From NCBI GenBank assembly GCA_012365435.1, contig GCA_012365435.1_4518.1: DNA of 64,000 bases; one strand, written 5' to 3'. Under the pieces are notes generated by a model, which worked only from the letters and a program-made list of their open reading frames with translations, was not told the origin of the DNA and made no database searches. Source of the DNA: a phage. Positions 20,586 through 31,141 of the stretch are shown here, piece after piece (position 1 is the stretch's first letter; each line of letters starts with the position of its first letter). The translations under genes were made by a program, and so were the position numbers.

Positions 20586-21601
20586 CATTATGTTCAGATA
20601 AGGTCGTTAATCTTATCCCGGAATTATATCCAGCTGCATGTCACCATGCAGAGCAGACTATATCTCCAACTTGTTAAAGCAAGTTGTCTATCGTTTCGAG
20701 TCACTTGACCCTACTCCCTAAAGGGATAGTCGTTAGGCATTTATGTAGAACCAATTCCACTTATCAGATTTTACACGGTAAGTAACTAATCCTGATGAAA
20801 TTTCAAAATGTCTAGCCGCATCGGCTGCACATTCAAAAATAATCCCATCGCATGAAATCTTTTTGATGTTAGCTGGCTTTTTGCCTTTCATCTTTTCAGA
20901 TAGTTTAGTTTTAGTTTTTTCTGAATGTTTGTGATTAAAGAACGGGTTATTTTCACCTGAACGTTTTCGGCACTTTCCACAAGTATCAGCCGAAGATGGT
21001 ATGCGAACACCGCATTTACAAAACTTGTGGTTTTCTGGATTCCATCGGCCATTTTTACTTCCGTGTTTACCATAAAGAGCTTTCCGACCATCAGGACCAA
21101 GCTTAAGCATCTTAGCTTTAACAGTTTCAGCTCGTTTCTTAGCAATTTCTTCTTTTAATGGATGATTTGAAAGCACATCGCCAAAAGACGCATCAGCAAT
21201 ATTATATCCATTAATTTTAGAATTTAGCTCTTTAATCCAAAAATTTTCTCGTTCAATAATCAAATCTTTCTCATATGGAATTTCTTCCAGTACAGAGCAT
21301 TCAAAAACATTACCATGTTTATTAAAAGACCTTTGAAATTTTATAGAAGAGTGAACACCGTTTTCAAGGTCTTTAAAATGTCTCTTCCATCTTTTCTCAA
21401 AATCTTTAGCACTTCCAACATACACTTTACCGTTTAAAGTGTTTTTAATCTGATAAATTCCGCTTTTCATAAACACCTCTTTTTATATAGAAGTATTTAT
21501 TAAAGGGTAGTCCTACAATTTAGCACGGGATTGTCTACTAGAGAGGTCCCCCGTTTAGATAGATTACAAGTATAAGTCACCTTATACCTAGGCCTAAATT
21601 A
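20586..21601 (-). mobile_element. Group I self-splicing intron in td (1016 nt)
   Basis: 5' intron sequence TAATTTAGGCCT.GGTATAAGGTGACTTATACTTGTAATCTATCTAAACGGGG matches the T4 td intron start; exon junction restores a 286-aa TS; contains I-TevI ORF. Confidence 0.9.
20733..21470 (-). CDS. GIY-YIG homing endonuclease I-TevI, 245 aa
   Basis: MKSGIYQIKNTLNGKVYVGSAKDFEKRWKRH GIY-YIG N-terminus and C-terminal zinc finger/DNA-binding region; near-identical to T4 I-TevI. Confidence 0.92.
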   Translation of the reverse strand: MKSGIYQIKNTLNGKVYVGSAKDFEKRWKRHFKDLENGVHSSIKFQRSFNKHGNVFECSVLEEIPYEKDLIIERENFWIKELNSKINGYNIADASFGDVLSNHPLKEEIAKKRAETVKAKMLKLGPDGRKALYGKHGSKNGRWNPENHKFCKCGVRIPSSADTCGKCRKRSGENNPFFNHKHSEKTKTKLSEKMKGKKPANIKKISCDGIIFECAADAARHFEISSGLVTYRVKSDKWNWFYINA

Positions 21602-22985
<1,384 letters not shown>

Positions 22986-23050
22986 TTTATTCTCCGTTGC
23001 TTCATTTGTTTTGACAGGGTAATGGTATCACACCATTACCCTGTTGTATA

Positions 23051-23413
23051 CTATTTTATTCCAAAAATTTCTTTAATTTCTGCAATCACATCTCGAGCAT
23101 TTTCCGTAGTCACTTCAAAGATGAGTGATTGTTTAGAAATAGACTCTGGAGATACCTCGATGAAGTGTTTAAACTCATCATCATAAAGCTCAAAATATGA
23201 ACCTGGCTTACCATCAAAACCGAATTCAGTACCGTCTCGCATAGTTACACGGGTTACACATTTATCATCATCATAATCTGTGTTCATGTCTTTTACAACA
23301 AAACTAGGACCATGAAGCTCAATCAAAGCCAGCATATCGGCGTTTTGTGGGCATTCATTGGCGAAGATAGCTTTACATTCTGGATTGATGATATAAGTTT
23401 TTCCAATTTTCAT
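23051..23413 (-). CDS. Hypothetical protein, 120 aa (paralogue of 23475..23861)
   Basis: Shares IGK.YIINP...FANEC...HGPSFVV...VTRVTM.DGTE...YFE.Y..EFK.F.EV with neighbour. Confidence 0.55.
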   Translation of the reverse strand: MKIGKTYIINPECKAIFANECPQNADMLALIELHGPSFVVKDMNTDYDDDKCVTRVTMRDGTEFGFDGKPGSYFELYDDEFKHFIEVSPESISKQSLIFEVTTENARDVIAEIKEIFGIK

Positions 23414-23436
23414 TTTGATTTCCTCTCATTTGTTTT

Positions 23437-23475
23437 GATAGGGCTACTATAACATAGCCCTATCTTGTTATAAAC
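23437..23475 (-). promoter_or_regulatory. Early promoter (PeSL-like)
   Basis: - strand GTTTATA, 17 nt, TATAGT within inverted repeat gatagggcta/tagccctatc. Confidence 0.45.
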
Positions 23476-23861
23476 TACTTTTTAAAAGTTTTTTGCAAAA
23501 GTTCGATGATTTCGTCGACGTTGGTTTCATCTACGATACAATGGATTTTTGTTACACCTAAAGTTATACCTTCGTTAGTAGATTGAGGCTTTTCTAAAGT
23601 TACCTCAGTAAAGTATTTGAATTCTTCAGAGTAAATCTCAAAATACGTCTCAAGTGGGCCACCAGCCATGTATTCAGTGCCGTCTTCCATAGTTACACGT
23701 ACCACACAGTCACCAGCACAATCATTACTTTCCATTTCATCTACAACAAAACTAGGTCCGTGCTTCTCTATTAAATTTAGCATCATTACATTGCAACGGC
23801 ACTCGTTAGCAAAGTCGTCTTTAAATAAAGGGTTAATGATATAAGATTTTCCGATTTCCAT
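23475..23861 (-). CDS. Hypothetical protein, 128 aa (paralogue of 23051..23413)
   Basis: See paralogue; preceded by promoter 23888..23919. Confidence 0.55.
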   Translation of the reverse strand: MEIGKSYIINPLFKDDFANECRCNVMMLNLIEKHGPSFVVDEMESNDCAGDCVVRVTMEDGTEYMAGGPLETYFEIYSEEFKYFTEVTLEKPQSTNEGITLGVTKIHCIVDETNVDEIIELLQKTFKK

Positions 23862-23887
23862 TTTGATTTCCTCATGTTGTTGATATG

Positions 23888-23919
23888 ACTATACTAACAC
23901 ATCCAGGGAAGAAGTAAAC
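23888..23919 (-). promoter_or_regulatory. Early promoter
   Basis: - strand GTTTAC, 17 nt, TAGTAT. Confidence 0.45.
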
Positions 23920-23950
23920 AACTTTTTCGGCAATTTACAGATACTCAAAA

Positions 23951-23968
23951 GGGAGACCGAAGTCTCCC
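23951..23968 (-). terminator. UUCG-tetraloop terminator downstream of gene 32
   Basis: gggagaccgaagtctccc; on - strand followed by UUUUGAGUAU. Confidence 0.6.
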
Positions 23969-23974
23969 GATTTA

Positions 23975-24877
23975 TTATAGACCAGCTAACAGGTCATCGA
24001 GGTCGCCGTCATCAGAAGATGAGGTAGAGCTCATGAAGTCATCTTCTGTTTTTGCAGAACCAAAGGCTTCCATGTCTTTATCAAAATCGTCGAGGTCAGA
24101 AGCAACTTTATCTGCAACAGAAGCTGCGGCAGCTGCTGCACCACCAAGAGCGGCAGTACCAAGAACCTTAGCGAAAGATTCATTTAATTTTTCAAAGGAT
24201 TTGAACTGGTCTTTAGCCGTCAAAGTAGTAAGGTCTACCATCTGGTCATATAGTTCTTTCTGGAATGCTTCGTCATTAATACGAGGAATTTCAGATTGAC
24301 CCAAGAATTTAGATTCGTCGTAGTTGCTAAAACCAGAAACCTGCTTAGCTTTCAGAACGAAGTTGGCACCTTCAAACGGGCAAGTAACATCAACTGGAGT
24401 TTCACCCATTTCGGTATCAACAGCAATCATTGCATTGATTTTGTCCCAAATCTTTTTACCGAAACGATATTTAAATACTTTACCTTCGTTATCTGGAGCT
24501 TGAGGGTCTTTAACAACCAGAATATTAGCCCAATAAGAAGTTTTACGTTTCAGTTGAGAATATTCAGTTTTGTTGGTATTGTACAGGTCATTTTTAATAA
24601 TGTACTGACATACAGGACAAGAGTCGTAATCACCATGTGTAGAAGAGCAATTTTCAATATACCATTTACCATTTTTCTTGAAACCGTGGTTAACAAGAAT
24701 TGCAAATGGTAGTGCGTCATCAGTTTTTGCTGGCAGGAAACGAATTACCGCTTGACCATTACCTGATGCATCTAGCTTCAGCTTCCATTCGCCTTTATCT
24801 TCTGAAGAGAAACCTTTGTTACCGTTCAGTTTAGCCATTTGAGCAGCGAGGTCAGCAGTAGATTTACGTTTAAACAT
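23975..24877 (-). CDS. 32: Single-stranded DNA-binding protein gp32, 300 aa
   Basis: Close match to T4 gp32 including acidic C-terminal tail. Confidence 0.95.
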   Translation of the reverse strand: MFKRKSTADLAAQMAKLNGNKGFSSEDKGEWKLKLDASGNGQAVIRFLPAKTDDALPFAILVNHGFKKNGKWYIENCSSTHGDYDSCPVCQYIIKNDLYNTNKTEYSQLKRKTSYWANILVVKDPQAPDNEGKVFKYRFGKKIWDKINAMIAVDTEMGETPVDVTCPFEGANFVLKAKQVSGFSNYDESKFLGQSEIPRINDEAFQKELYDQMVDLTTLTAKDQFKSFEKLNESFAKVLGTAALGGAAAAAASVADKVASDLDDFDKDMEAFGSAKTEDDFMSSTSSSDDGDLDDLLAGL

Positions 24878-24993
24878 TATATTTACCTTTATTTAGATTA
24901 TTTAATTTATTTACAGTTGGTTGCTACGACACTTATACCTCGTAGCTGGTATGATTTATTTATAAAGTAATTTTAACACACAAGAAATAAAGC
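24878..24993 (-). promoter_or_regulatory. Gene 32 leader: late promoter TATAAATA (24957..24964) plus AU-rich leader with candidate structure (autoregulatory translational operator)
   Basis: Exact TATAAATA on - strand; leader contains CUACGA...UCGUAG stem and a long A/U-rich unstructured run before the AUG, as described for T4 gene 32. Confidence 0.5.
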
Positions 24994-25647
24994 TTAATAC
25001 TTACATGATTTGATTGTTTCTATGAACAATTTCTTAGCAGCATTTCCATCGATTTGAAGTATTTTTCGATATGCCTTTAATTTGGTAGAATAATTTTGCC
25101 AGACTAAATTGTCAGTAAGTTCGTCATGCTTATCTATAATATTCAAGAATGAATCCAACAACAAGAAGGTTTCAAATGAAATTATATTGCTTTGTAGCAA
25201 TTTGAATATGTAGCTCGACTGAACGTTGTTATTATAATCAAATATCTCTTGAAGCGCACTAACTTCAACTTTCTTACTGAAATAGTAGATGTTACGTACG
25301 TCTTCGGCAAACGTCTCTTTAGCTTGTTTGAGTCGTCCAATATATTCCCTATAGAAAACTAATGCATCAGCGTCTGATATCTCACCAATCCATGCATCTT
25401 GGTTAGCAACTAAGTTACTGATGAATATCAAGGTGAGTTCCTTTAACTTATATTTCTCTGCTAGTTTCTCAAAGAAATATTTATCTCGGCGTTTTTGATA
25501 CGCATTATCCGAAACACGCATGCACCAGTTATATTTGATTACGTCATACCGACCATTAAAATGTTGTTTGCACATCAAGTATAGTTTGTATACCGATTTT
25601 CCGTTAATATAACGTTCTCCATCAGGAGGCATGCGTATTTTAATCAT
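24994..25647 (-). CDS. 59: Helicase loader gp59, 217 aa
   Basis: Same length and strong match to T4 gp59. Confidence 0.9.
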   Translation of the reverse strand: MIKIRMPPDGERYINGKSVYKLYLMCKQHFNGRYDVIKYNWCMRVSDNAYQKRRDKYFFEKLAEKYKLKELTLIFISNLVANQDAWIGEISDADALVFYREYIGRLKQAKETFAEDVRNIYYFSKKVEVSALQEIFDYNNNVQSSYIFKLLQSNIISFETFLLLDSFLNIIDKHDELTDNLVWQNYSTKLKAYRKILQIDGNAAKKLFIETIKSCKY

Positions 25648-25982
25648 AATAAGAAATCTAACGTATTAGTTTTTTCACCACGAGCAACTGATGGGCGAAG
25701 CATGTTTTCGTCAATTGCTTCGCTTGTAATTTTTTCAACAATTCCTGTAGGAATAAATTTAGCAAATTGTGTTTCTGGAATAGAATTTTCTTCCAAGAAA
25801 GCAGTTGTTGCTTCTAAATAAGACATACCAAATTGTTCAACCATAGATTCGATAATGAATCCGTTTTCTTGACGGTCAAGCAATTTAGCGATATCATCTT
25901 TATCATGTTTTACCGCTAATTCTTGTTCAGATAAACCGGCCTCATCAACCGGTTTAATATCACTTAGTGAAAACTGTGTCAT
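25644..25982 (-). CDS. 33: Late transcription co-activator gp33, 112 aa
   Basis: Same length and close match to T4 gp33. Confidence 0.9.
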   Translation of the reverse strand: MTQFSLSDIKPVDEAGLSEQELAVKHDKDDIAKLLDRQENGFIIESMVEQFGMSYLEATTAFLEENSIPETQFAKFIPTGIVEKITSEAIDENMLRPSVARGEKTNTLDFLL

Positions 25983-26229
25983 AAAGCTCGACTACCTCTT
26001 CGTTTTCAGCTTCAAATTGGTCACGAGCATCTTTATGATAAAGAGCTAACAAACGATTAAACATTTTTCCATCGACACCAAGCTCTTCTTTAGCACGAGT
26101 ACGAATGTCTTTAATCAGTTCATTATAACCAGAAATTTTAAGTTTGTTATCGGAAGCTTCCTTGACTAGTTTAGCCAGTTCTTCACCATGCACATCTTGA
26201 TTAAATTCAACTGCTTCTTTCTTAGCCAT
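25960..26229 (-). CDS. dsbA: dsDNA-binding protein DsbA, 89 aa (start at MAKKEAVEF)
   Basis: Position and length as T4 dsbA; ORF extends 6 codons further upstream. Confidence 0.75.
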   Translation of the reverse strand: MAKKEAVEFNQDVHGEELAKLVKEASDNKLKISGYNELIKDIRTRAKEELGVDGKMFNRLLALYHKDARDQFEAENEEVVELYDTVFTK

Positions 26230-26236
26230 GTTTACC

Positions 26237-27154
26237 TCAGAATTCATTAATTACACTTGTTAATTTAGAAAGACCAGATTTTACAAAGTATGAATAAATC
26301 TTGCCTTTAGGTTGTTGTTTATATGAGTTATAATACTCTATAATGGTTGAAGCAATATTATCAGGGATATAATCAAAATCAATGAGAACCAAATTTTCTT
26401 GATACCGTTTATATTCTTCTGCACTTAATAATACTTCAGCTTGAGAACGGTCATTAGCAATGGCTTCAATAATCGTTGTTTTCATGCTTGGAGTTCGTTC
26501 GCCATCAACTCTGGTAAACCAGAAGTCGCCACGAACTCGAACAGATGCAACACCATCCTTACGGTCACCTTTAAGAATTTTAGTCATGCAATCAATTTCA
26601 GCAGAACCGTTCTTAATTTTAACCCATTTTTTCTGTGGTGGCGACCACTGTTTAACGTTAGGATATTTGTGTAATTGTGTAAAGTCACCATCTGATGCAA
26701 CAATACATACCTTATGACCAGCTAATGACAAATATTTAGTTAATACACCGATATGGTCATCCGCTTCATACTTGTCAATATCCATTACAACGTATGGCAT
26801 GTATTTCTTAATCTCATCAACAACTTGATGGAGTGCAGTAAAATATCCTTCCCAATCCCACTTTGAAGCTTCACGATCGGTTTTGCGATTTTTCTTGTAA
26901 TAGTAAGCAAAGTCACGTCGCCAATAACCTGAAGTAGCATTATCCATACACAATACAAATTTTGTATAGCCTTGCTTACGGAACATCACTACGTTTTTAC
27001 GAATTGAATTCAATATTACATGGCGAACCATTGGAACAGTAATTTTATCGCCATCTTCAAAGTTGTTTAATGCGGCTGCCAACGCAATGTTACTAAAGTC
27101 GGCAAGTGCAATACCTTCTTTGTAATCTTCATCCAACATCATTTCTAAATCCAT
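26237..27154 (-). CDS. rnh: RNase H (5'-3' exonuclease/flap endonuclease), 305 aa
   Basis: Same length as T4 Rnh, good match. Confidence 0.92.
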   Translation of the reverse strand: MDLEMMLDEDYKEGIALADFSNIALAAALNNFEDGDKITVPMVRHVILNSIRKNVVMFRKQGYTKFVLCMDNATSGYWRRDFAYYYKKNRKTDREASKWDWEGYFTALHQVVDEIKKYMPYVVMDIDKYEADDHIGVLTKYLSLAGHKVCIVASDGDFTQLHKYPNVKQWSPPQKKWVKIKNGSAEIDCMTKILKGDRKDGVASVRVRGDFWFTRVDGERTPSMKTTIIEAIANDRSQAEVLLSAEEYKRYQENLVLIDFDYIPDNIASTIIEYYNSYKQQPKGKIYSYFVKSGLSKLTSVINEF

Positions 27155-27186
27155 ATGAACCTCTTGTTCAGTTAGTCAACTTGTCT

Positions 27187-27216
27187 ATAGTAACACACTC
27201 ATTTGAAAGCGTAAAC
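27187..27216 (-). promoter_or_regulatory. Early promoter for rnh
   Basis: - strand GTTTAC, 18 nt, TACTAT. Confidence 0.5.
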
Positions 27217-27219
27217 TGG

Positions 27220-27227
27220 TATAAATA
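27220..27227 (+). promoter_or_regulatory. Late promoter (TATAAATA) for gene 34
   Basis: Exact T4 late-promoter octamer about 30 nt upstream of gene 34 ATG. Confidence 0.75.
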
Positions 27228-27257
27228 AGTATTATTGAAACAATAAAGGAAAAACGA

Positions 27258-30200
27258 ATGGCCGACATCAAACGTAAGTTCAGAGCCGAAGACGGTCTGG
27301 ACGCCGGTGGCGACAAGATTGTTAACGTAGCATTAGCCGACCGTACAGTAGGTACTGATGGCGTAAACGTTGACTTCCTGGTACAAGAAAACACCGTTCA
27401 AGTATATGATTCTACGCGTGGATACAACAAAGGATTTGTTGTTCTTTATGACAACCGTTTATATCAAGCAATAAATGATATCGTGTCTCCTTCCGGGGCA
27501 TTTAACCTTTTACAATGGCGTGCAGTTCGTACTGATGCACAATGGATAACTGTCGCTTCTGGGACTTATCAACTTTCTTCAGGTGAATCTATTTCGGTTA
27601 ACACTGGTGCCGGCAATGATATGGTTTTCACGTTGCCGAATACGCCGGTTGATGGCGATACTGTTGTTTTGGCTGATATTGGCGGAAGAACCGGGACAGT
27701 TAAAGTACAGATTAACGCGTCTGTGCAGAGTATTTTAAACTTTAGAGGTGAACAGGTTCGTACAGTTTTAATGACGCGTCCGCGTTCACAACTATTGTTT
27801 GTGTTTAGTAATCGTTTGTGGCAGATGTATATTATCGATTATGGTAAAGAATCAATCACTGTTACACCTGCGACACCATATCAAGCACAAGCAAATGATT
27901 TTATCGTTCGTCGTTTTACTAGTGCAGCACCAATCAACATTACACTTCCACGTAATGCTAACAACGGTGATATAATCCACCTAGTTGATTTAGATAAATT
28001 AAACCCACTGTATCATACAATTGTTAAAACATTTGATGATACAACGTCTATTGGTGAAGTCGGGACTCATATTGCTGAAGGCAGAAATGACTCTGACGCG
28101 TTTTTTGTTTTTGATGCTGCAAATAGTTTATGGCGTATATGGGAAGGCGACCAGAAATCGCGTCTTCGTATTATCCGTGCGGATTCAAATATTCGTCCAA
28201 ATGAAGAAGTTCTTATCTTTGGCACAAATAACGCTACAACCGGAACTATTAATCTTACGCTGCCTACCGGAATTTTGAGTGGTGACACTGTTAAAATTTC
28301 AATGAACTACATGCGTAAAGGCCAAACAGTAAAAATTAAAGCTGCCGAAGGTGATACAATTGCTTCCACTGTTGCATTGCTTCAGTTCCCTAAACGTTCT
28401 GAATATCCACCTGATGCTCAATGGGTCTCTGTTACTGAACTAGAATTCAATGGCACTACTTCATATGTTCCTGTATTAGAATTAGCGTATATCGAAGACA
28501 CCGTTGCTGGTACACGTTATTGGGTTGTTCAACAAAACGTCCCAACCGTAGAACGTGTTGATGCTGGAACTGATGCTACACGAGCTCGTTTAGGTGTTAT
28601 TGCGCTTGCTACTCAAGCGCAAGCAAATGTTGATTTAGAGAATACTCCAGCTAAAGAAGTGGCTATTACTCCTGAAACGTTGGCAAATCGTACAGCAACT
28701 GAAGCTCGACGTGGTATCGCTAAAATTGCTACAACAGCACAAGTTAACCAGAATTCCACAGCAACATTTGTGGACGATACTATTGTTACGCCTAAAAAAC
28801 TAAATGAGCGTACAGCAACTGAAACTCGCCGTGGTCTTGCTGAAATTGCTACTCAGGCCGAAACCGATGCCGGTCTTGATGACACAACGATTATTACACC
28901 TAAGAAATTGCAGGCACGTCAGGGTTCTGAAACACTATCTGGTATAGTTAAATATGTATCAACTACTTCTGCTACTCCTGCTGAAACTCGTGGGACCGCA
29001 GGCACTAACGTTTATAATAAAACCGTAAATAATTTAACTATTTCTCCTAAAGCCCTTGACCAATATAAAGCAACTTATGCTCAACAAGGTGCAGTAATTT
29101 TAGCTGTCGATAGTGAAGTAATTGCTGGCCAATCTCAAGCAGGTTATTCTCATGCTGTAGTAACTCCTGAAACACTACATAAGAAAACTTCTACTGATGG
29201 ACGTATTGGTTTAATTGAAATTGCTACGCAAGCAGAAACTAATGCTGGGACTGATTATACACGTGCAGTAACGCCTAAGACGTTAAATGATAGGAGAGCG
29301 ACGGAAGGATTATCCGGCATAGCCGAACTTGCTACGCAAGTTGAATTTGATACTGGAACTGATGATACTCGTATCTCGACTCCACTGAAAATTAAAACTC
29401 ATTTTGATTCTTCTGACCGTACCAGTGTTAATTCTGATTCCGGACTTATTGAAGAAGGAACCTTGTGGAACCATTATACTCTTGATATTTCTAAAGCAAA
29501 TGAAACACAACGTGGTACACTTCGCGTAGCGACCCAGGCAGAATCTAATGCAGGAACTTTAGATGATGTTCTTATTACTCCTAAAAAGCTTTTAGGGACT
29601 AAGTCCACTGAAACGTCTGAAGGCGTAATTAAGGTTGCTACTCGGGCTGAAACTGTAACAGGAACTTCTGCTAATACTGCTGTATCGCCTAAGAATTTAA
29701 AATGGATTGTCCAGAATGAACCAACATGGGCTGCTACTACAGCAATTCGCGGATTCGTTAAAACTTCATCTGGTTCAATTACATTCGTTGGCAACGATAC
29801 TCAAGGTAGTACCCAGGACCTGAATCTTTACGAGAAAAATAGTTATGCTATTTCTCCATATGAATTAAACCGTGTATTAGCAAATTATTTGCCATTAAAA
29901 GCAAAAGCTGCTGACGCAAATTTATTGGATGGTCTAGATTCATCTCAGTTCATTCGTAGGGATATTGCACAGACGGTTAATGGTTCTTTAAGTCTTACTA
30001 AACAAACTAACCTGAGTGCCCCTCTTGTATCAACTAGTACTGCTACGTTTGGTGGTTCGGTATCTGCCAATAGTACATTAACTATTTCTAATACTGGAAC
30101 GGCAACTCGTCTGATTTTTGAGAAAGGACCTCAAACTGGAACTAACCCAGCGCAGACGATGAGTATCAGAGTTTGGGGAAATGAATTTGGTGGTGGTTCA

Positions 30201-31133
30201 GATACAACACGTTCTACTGTATTTGAAGTTGGTGATGAAACGTCTAATCATTTTTATTCTCAACGTAATAAAGATGGGAATATAGCGTTTAGCATTAATG
30301 GTACTGTAATGCCAATAAACATTAATGCTTCCGGTTTGATGAATGTTAATGGCGTTGCAACATTTGGTCGTTCAGTCACAGCCAATGGTGAATTCATTAG
30401 CAAGTCTGCAAATGCTTTCAGAGCAATTAGCGGTGATTACGGATTCTTTATTCGTAATGATGCTGCTAATACCTATTTTATGCTTACTGCATCCGGTGAT
30501 CAGACCGGTGGATTTAATGGATTACGTCCTTTGGCTATTAATAATGCATCTGGCCAAGTAACGATTGGTGAAGGCTTAATCATTGCCAAAGGTGCTACTA
30601 TAAATTCAGGCGGTTTAACTGTTAACTCGAGAATTCGTTCTCAGGGTTCTAAAACATCTGATTTATATACCCGGGCGCCAACATCTGATACCGTAGGATT
30701 CTGGTCAATTGATATTAACGATTCAGCCACTTATAACCAGTTCCCAGGTTATTTTAAAATGGTTGAAAAAACTAATGAAGTGACTGGGCTTCCATACTTA
30801 GAACGTGGCGAAGAAGTTAAATCTCCTGGTACACTGACTCAGTTTGGTAACACACTTGATTCACTTTACCAAGATTGGATTACTTATCCAACAACCCCAG
30901 AAGCACGTACAACCCGTTGGACTCGTACATGGCAGAAAACTAAAAATTCTTGGTCAAGTTTTGTTCAAGTATTTGATGGGGGTAACCCTCCTCAACCTTC
31001 TGATATTGGTGCTTTACCTTCTGATAATGCAACAATCGGAAACTTGACAATAAGGGATTTCTTAAGGATTGGTAATGTCCGCATTATTCCAGACCCTGTG
31101 AATAAATCTGTTAAATTCGAGTGGATTGAATAA
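27258..31133 (+). CDS. 34: Long tail fibre proximal subunit gp34, 1291 aa
   Basis: N-terminus MADIKRKFRAEDGLDAGGDKIVNVALADR matches T4 gp34; internal repeated tail-fibre motifs. Confidence 0.95.
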   Translation: MADIKRKFRAEDGLDAGGDKIVNVALADRTVGTDGVNVDFLVQENTVQVYDSTRGYNKGFVVLYDNRLYQAINDIVSPSGAFNLLQWRAVRTDAQWITVASGTYQLSSGESISVNTGAGNDMVFTLPNTPVDGDTVVLADIGGRTGTVKVQINASVQSILNFRGEQVRTVLMTRPRSQLLFVFSNRLWQMYIIDYGKESITVTPATPYQAQANDFIVRRFTSAAPINITLPRNANNGDIIHLVDLDKLNPLYHTIVKTFDDTTSIGEVGTHIAEGRNDSDAFFVFDAANSLWRIWEGDQKSRLRIIRADSNIRPNEEVLIFGTNNATTGTINLTLPTGILSGDTVKISMNYMRKGQTVKIKAAEGDTIASTVALLQFPKRSEYPPDAQWVSVTELEFNGTTSYVPVLELAYIEDTVAGTRYWVVQQNVPTVERVDAGTDATRARLGVIALATQAQANVDLENTPAKEVAITPETLANRTATEARRGIAKIATTAQVNQNSTATFVDDTIVTPKKLNERTATETRRGLAEIATQAETDAGLDDTTIITPKKLQARQGSETLSGIVKYVSTTSATPAETRGTAGTNVYNKTVNNLTISPKALDQYKATYAQQGAVILAVDSEVIAGQSQAGYSHAVVTPETLHKKTSTDGRIGLIEIATQAETNAGTDYTRAVTPKTLNDRRATEGLSGIAELATQVEFDTGTDDTRISTPLKIKTHFDSSDRTSVNSDSGLIEEGTLWNHYTLDISKANETQRGTLRVATQAESNAGTLDDVLITPKKLLGTKSTETSEGVIKVATRAETVTGTSANTAVSPKNLKWIVQNEPTWAATTAIRGFVKTSSGSITFVGNDTQGSTQDLNLYEKNSYAISPYELNRVLANYLPLKAKAADANLLDGLDSSQFIRRDIAQTVNGSLSLTKQTNLSAPLVSTSTATFGGSVSANSTLTISNTGTATRLIFEKGPQTGTNPAQTMSIRVWGNEFGGGSDTTRSTVFEVGDETSNHFYSQRNKDGNIAFSINGTVMPININASGLMNVNGVATFGRSVTANGEFISKSANAFRAISGDYGFFIRNDAANTYFMLTASGDQTGGFNGLRPLAINNASGQVTIGEGLIIAKGATINSGGLTVNSRIRSQGSKTSDLYTRAPTSDTVGFWSIDINDSATYNQFPGYFKMVEKTNEVTGLPYLERGEEVKSPGTLTQFGNTLDSLYQDWITYPTTPEARTTRWTRTWQKTKNSWSSFVQVFDGGNPPQPSDIGALPSDNATIGNLTIRDFLRIGNVRIIPDPVNKSVKFEWIE

Positions 31134-31141
31134 GAGGTATT

